From: Vicugna vicugna
Taxonomy: Eukaryota
Direction of reading: 5' to 3'
NCBI GenBank assembly: GCA_013265495.1
Contig: MU058065.1
Location: forward strand, 1,013,527 to 1,077,526
DNA: 64,000 nt
The notes under the pieces are model-generated. The model was not told where the DNA came from. It ran no database searches and saw only the letters and a list, made by a program, of their open reading frames with translations. This document shows positions 62,690 to 64,000 of the stretch, piece after piece (position 1 is the first letter of the stretch; each line of letters starts with the position of its first letter). The position numbers and the translations under genes are program-made.

Positions 62690-62845
62690 GGCATAAACGT
62701 TACTAAGGAATGTCCTTTAAAAAGTCAACATTCCAGGCCCAACCCCTGAAATTTCTCATTGCACAGCTGCGGCTGTGATAAAGCCCAGGAATCTACGTTT
62801 TTAACAGCAGGCAAGTAAATTCCATGCAGAAGGTCCTTCGCCTGC
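62690..62845. mobile_element. MER5-like hAT MITE fragment
   Basis: attccaggcccaacccctgaaatttctcatt...aaagcccaggaatctacgtttttaacagca. Confidence 0.5.
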
Positions 62846-64000
62846 TGTGCTCTGAGTGACCCAGGCCTGGGCATGTCCCCAGGGTCCTGGCCTTAGAGCA
62901 TCGTCATAACCCAAGTCCGAGCTCAACTTATCTTCTGAGCTGCTGGAAGAAGTCTTGCTAAGATAGAAACCCCCAGTCTGAGGCCGCAGTGTGAGACCCT
63001 GAGCAGGACGGCAACCAACACACAGCAGGGGAGGAGCCTGCCAAGGGCGGTGTCTTTATCTCAGGAGTTTTGCACGACCTATAGGCCTTGGTCTTGCCAG
63101 GCCCTGTGATAGCCTCTGAGATATCTTCAGCTGTTCCAGGTGGAGCTCAAGTCCCAAATGTGTCTGAAGAATCAGAGCATTTCGGATGCTCTTGACCCGG
63201 CCCCCAACTCTGGCCTGGTGGCTCCTAGTCACCATCACCCAGAAGGTCTGCTCGAAGTCAGCGTGCTTGGCAGTGGGCACTCACAGGCTGAAGGCTCACC
63301 CGTTCCCAGAACATCCAGATTCCTGAGGTCTTCTCCCCACCCTTCCCCTCAGTTTCTCAATACCTGCTTGGTCTGACCTACACTGTGTCAGCCCTCCGCC
63401 TTCATAGGAATAAAAAGAAGGAAAATAAAGACCTTATAGTTAGTATGCTTGCTAGGTTTTACAGAATTTTTTTTTCAAAGGGCTAAACAAAATGTGTGAG
63501 TTCTCCCAAAGTAAAGTAGCATTCATTCCATGTTTCCCAGGACAGATTAGTTCTTGGGAAGTTGATATTCCTGACTGTCTCAGATAGGAATCCAAGAACG
63601 TCATCCAAGATGTGGTATGTGGATTCAAATGGCCTTTGAAAGAAAAGGTCACTAAGTCCCTACACTGAAGGTCAGACACTCAAGTCAGCTGAGAGGCGCC
63701 TCAGACAAGTCTGGGCATCTGGTTTCTTGGTCTTCGGCTGATTAATGGTGTGATAATACAATGAGGAAAAGAGTAAAAAGAGAATGGAAAAGAAGGGGAG
63801 GGAAGGAGAGGCCAGATGCATCAATACAGCATCCTGGAAGAAAGAGAAGAGGCAAGGAAACAACAAGAAATAGACAGGAGAGTTTAAGTGGATTTAAATG
63901 CTAGATCTGTTGAGGGCGAGCAGACAGCTCTGCAGGCTCAGACAGCCCCCTGAGGACATCCCAGTGGCATAAACTCACAATACCATGTCACTGCTATTAC

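Overview
Mammalian genomic DNA: CpG-depleted, AT-rich, with many MIR, L2, MLT1 and hAT relics. Two tRNA-Ala-derived Vic-1-type SINEs, and no Alu, Bov-tA/BovB or PRE-1 elements that I could see, point to a camelid (Vicugna, Lama or Camelus). The whole window lies in the 3' half of NYAP2 (neuronal tyrosine-phosphorylated PI3K adaptor 2) on the minus strand. Two coding exons are present. One is a 210-bp internal exon (38393-38602). The other is a composite exon (13577-13710) that either reads through to ...[13 protein letters not shown]-stop or can splice out at an internal donor (13607) to a last exon left of the window. The rest is intron, 3' UTR and repeats. I found no convincing new gene or novel multi-gene system, and almost all ORF-track entries are noise. 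The best leads are: an in-frame alternative donor 27 nt past the NYAP2 exon; a young A-A-B-X-B rearrangement at 46.0-47.1 kb; an unclassified poly(A)-tailed insert with target-site duplication (TSD); a short L1 3' transduction; SINE tails that keep a Pol III terminator; and several motif clusters (CTCF, AP-1, a TATA/CCAAT/GC-box antisense promoter). Repeat family names and protein matches are from recalled sequences, not database searches. Boundaries of old repeats are approximate.
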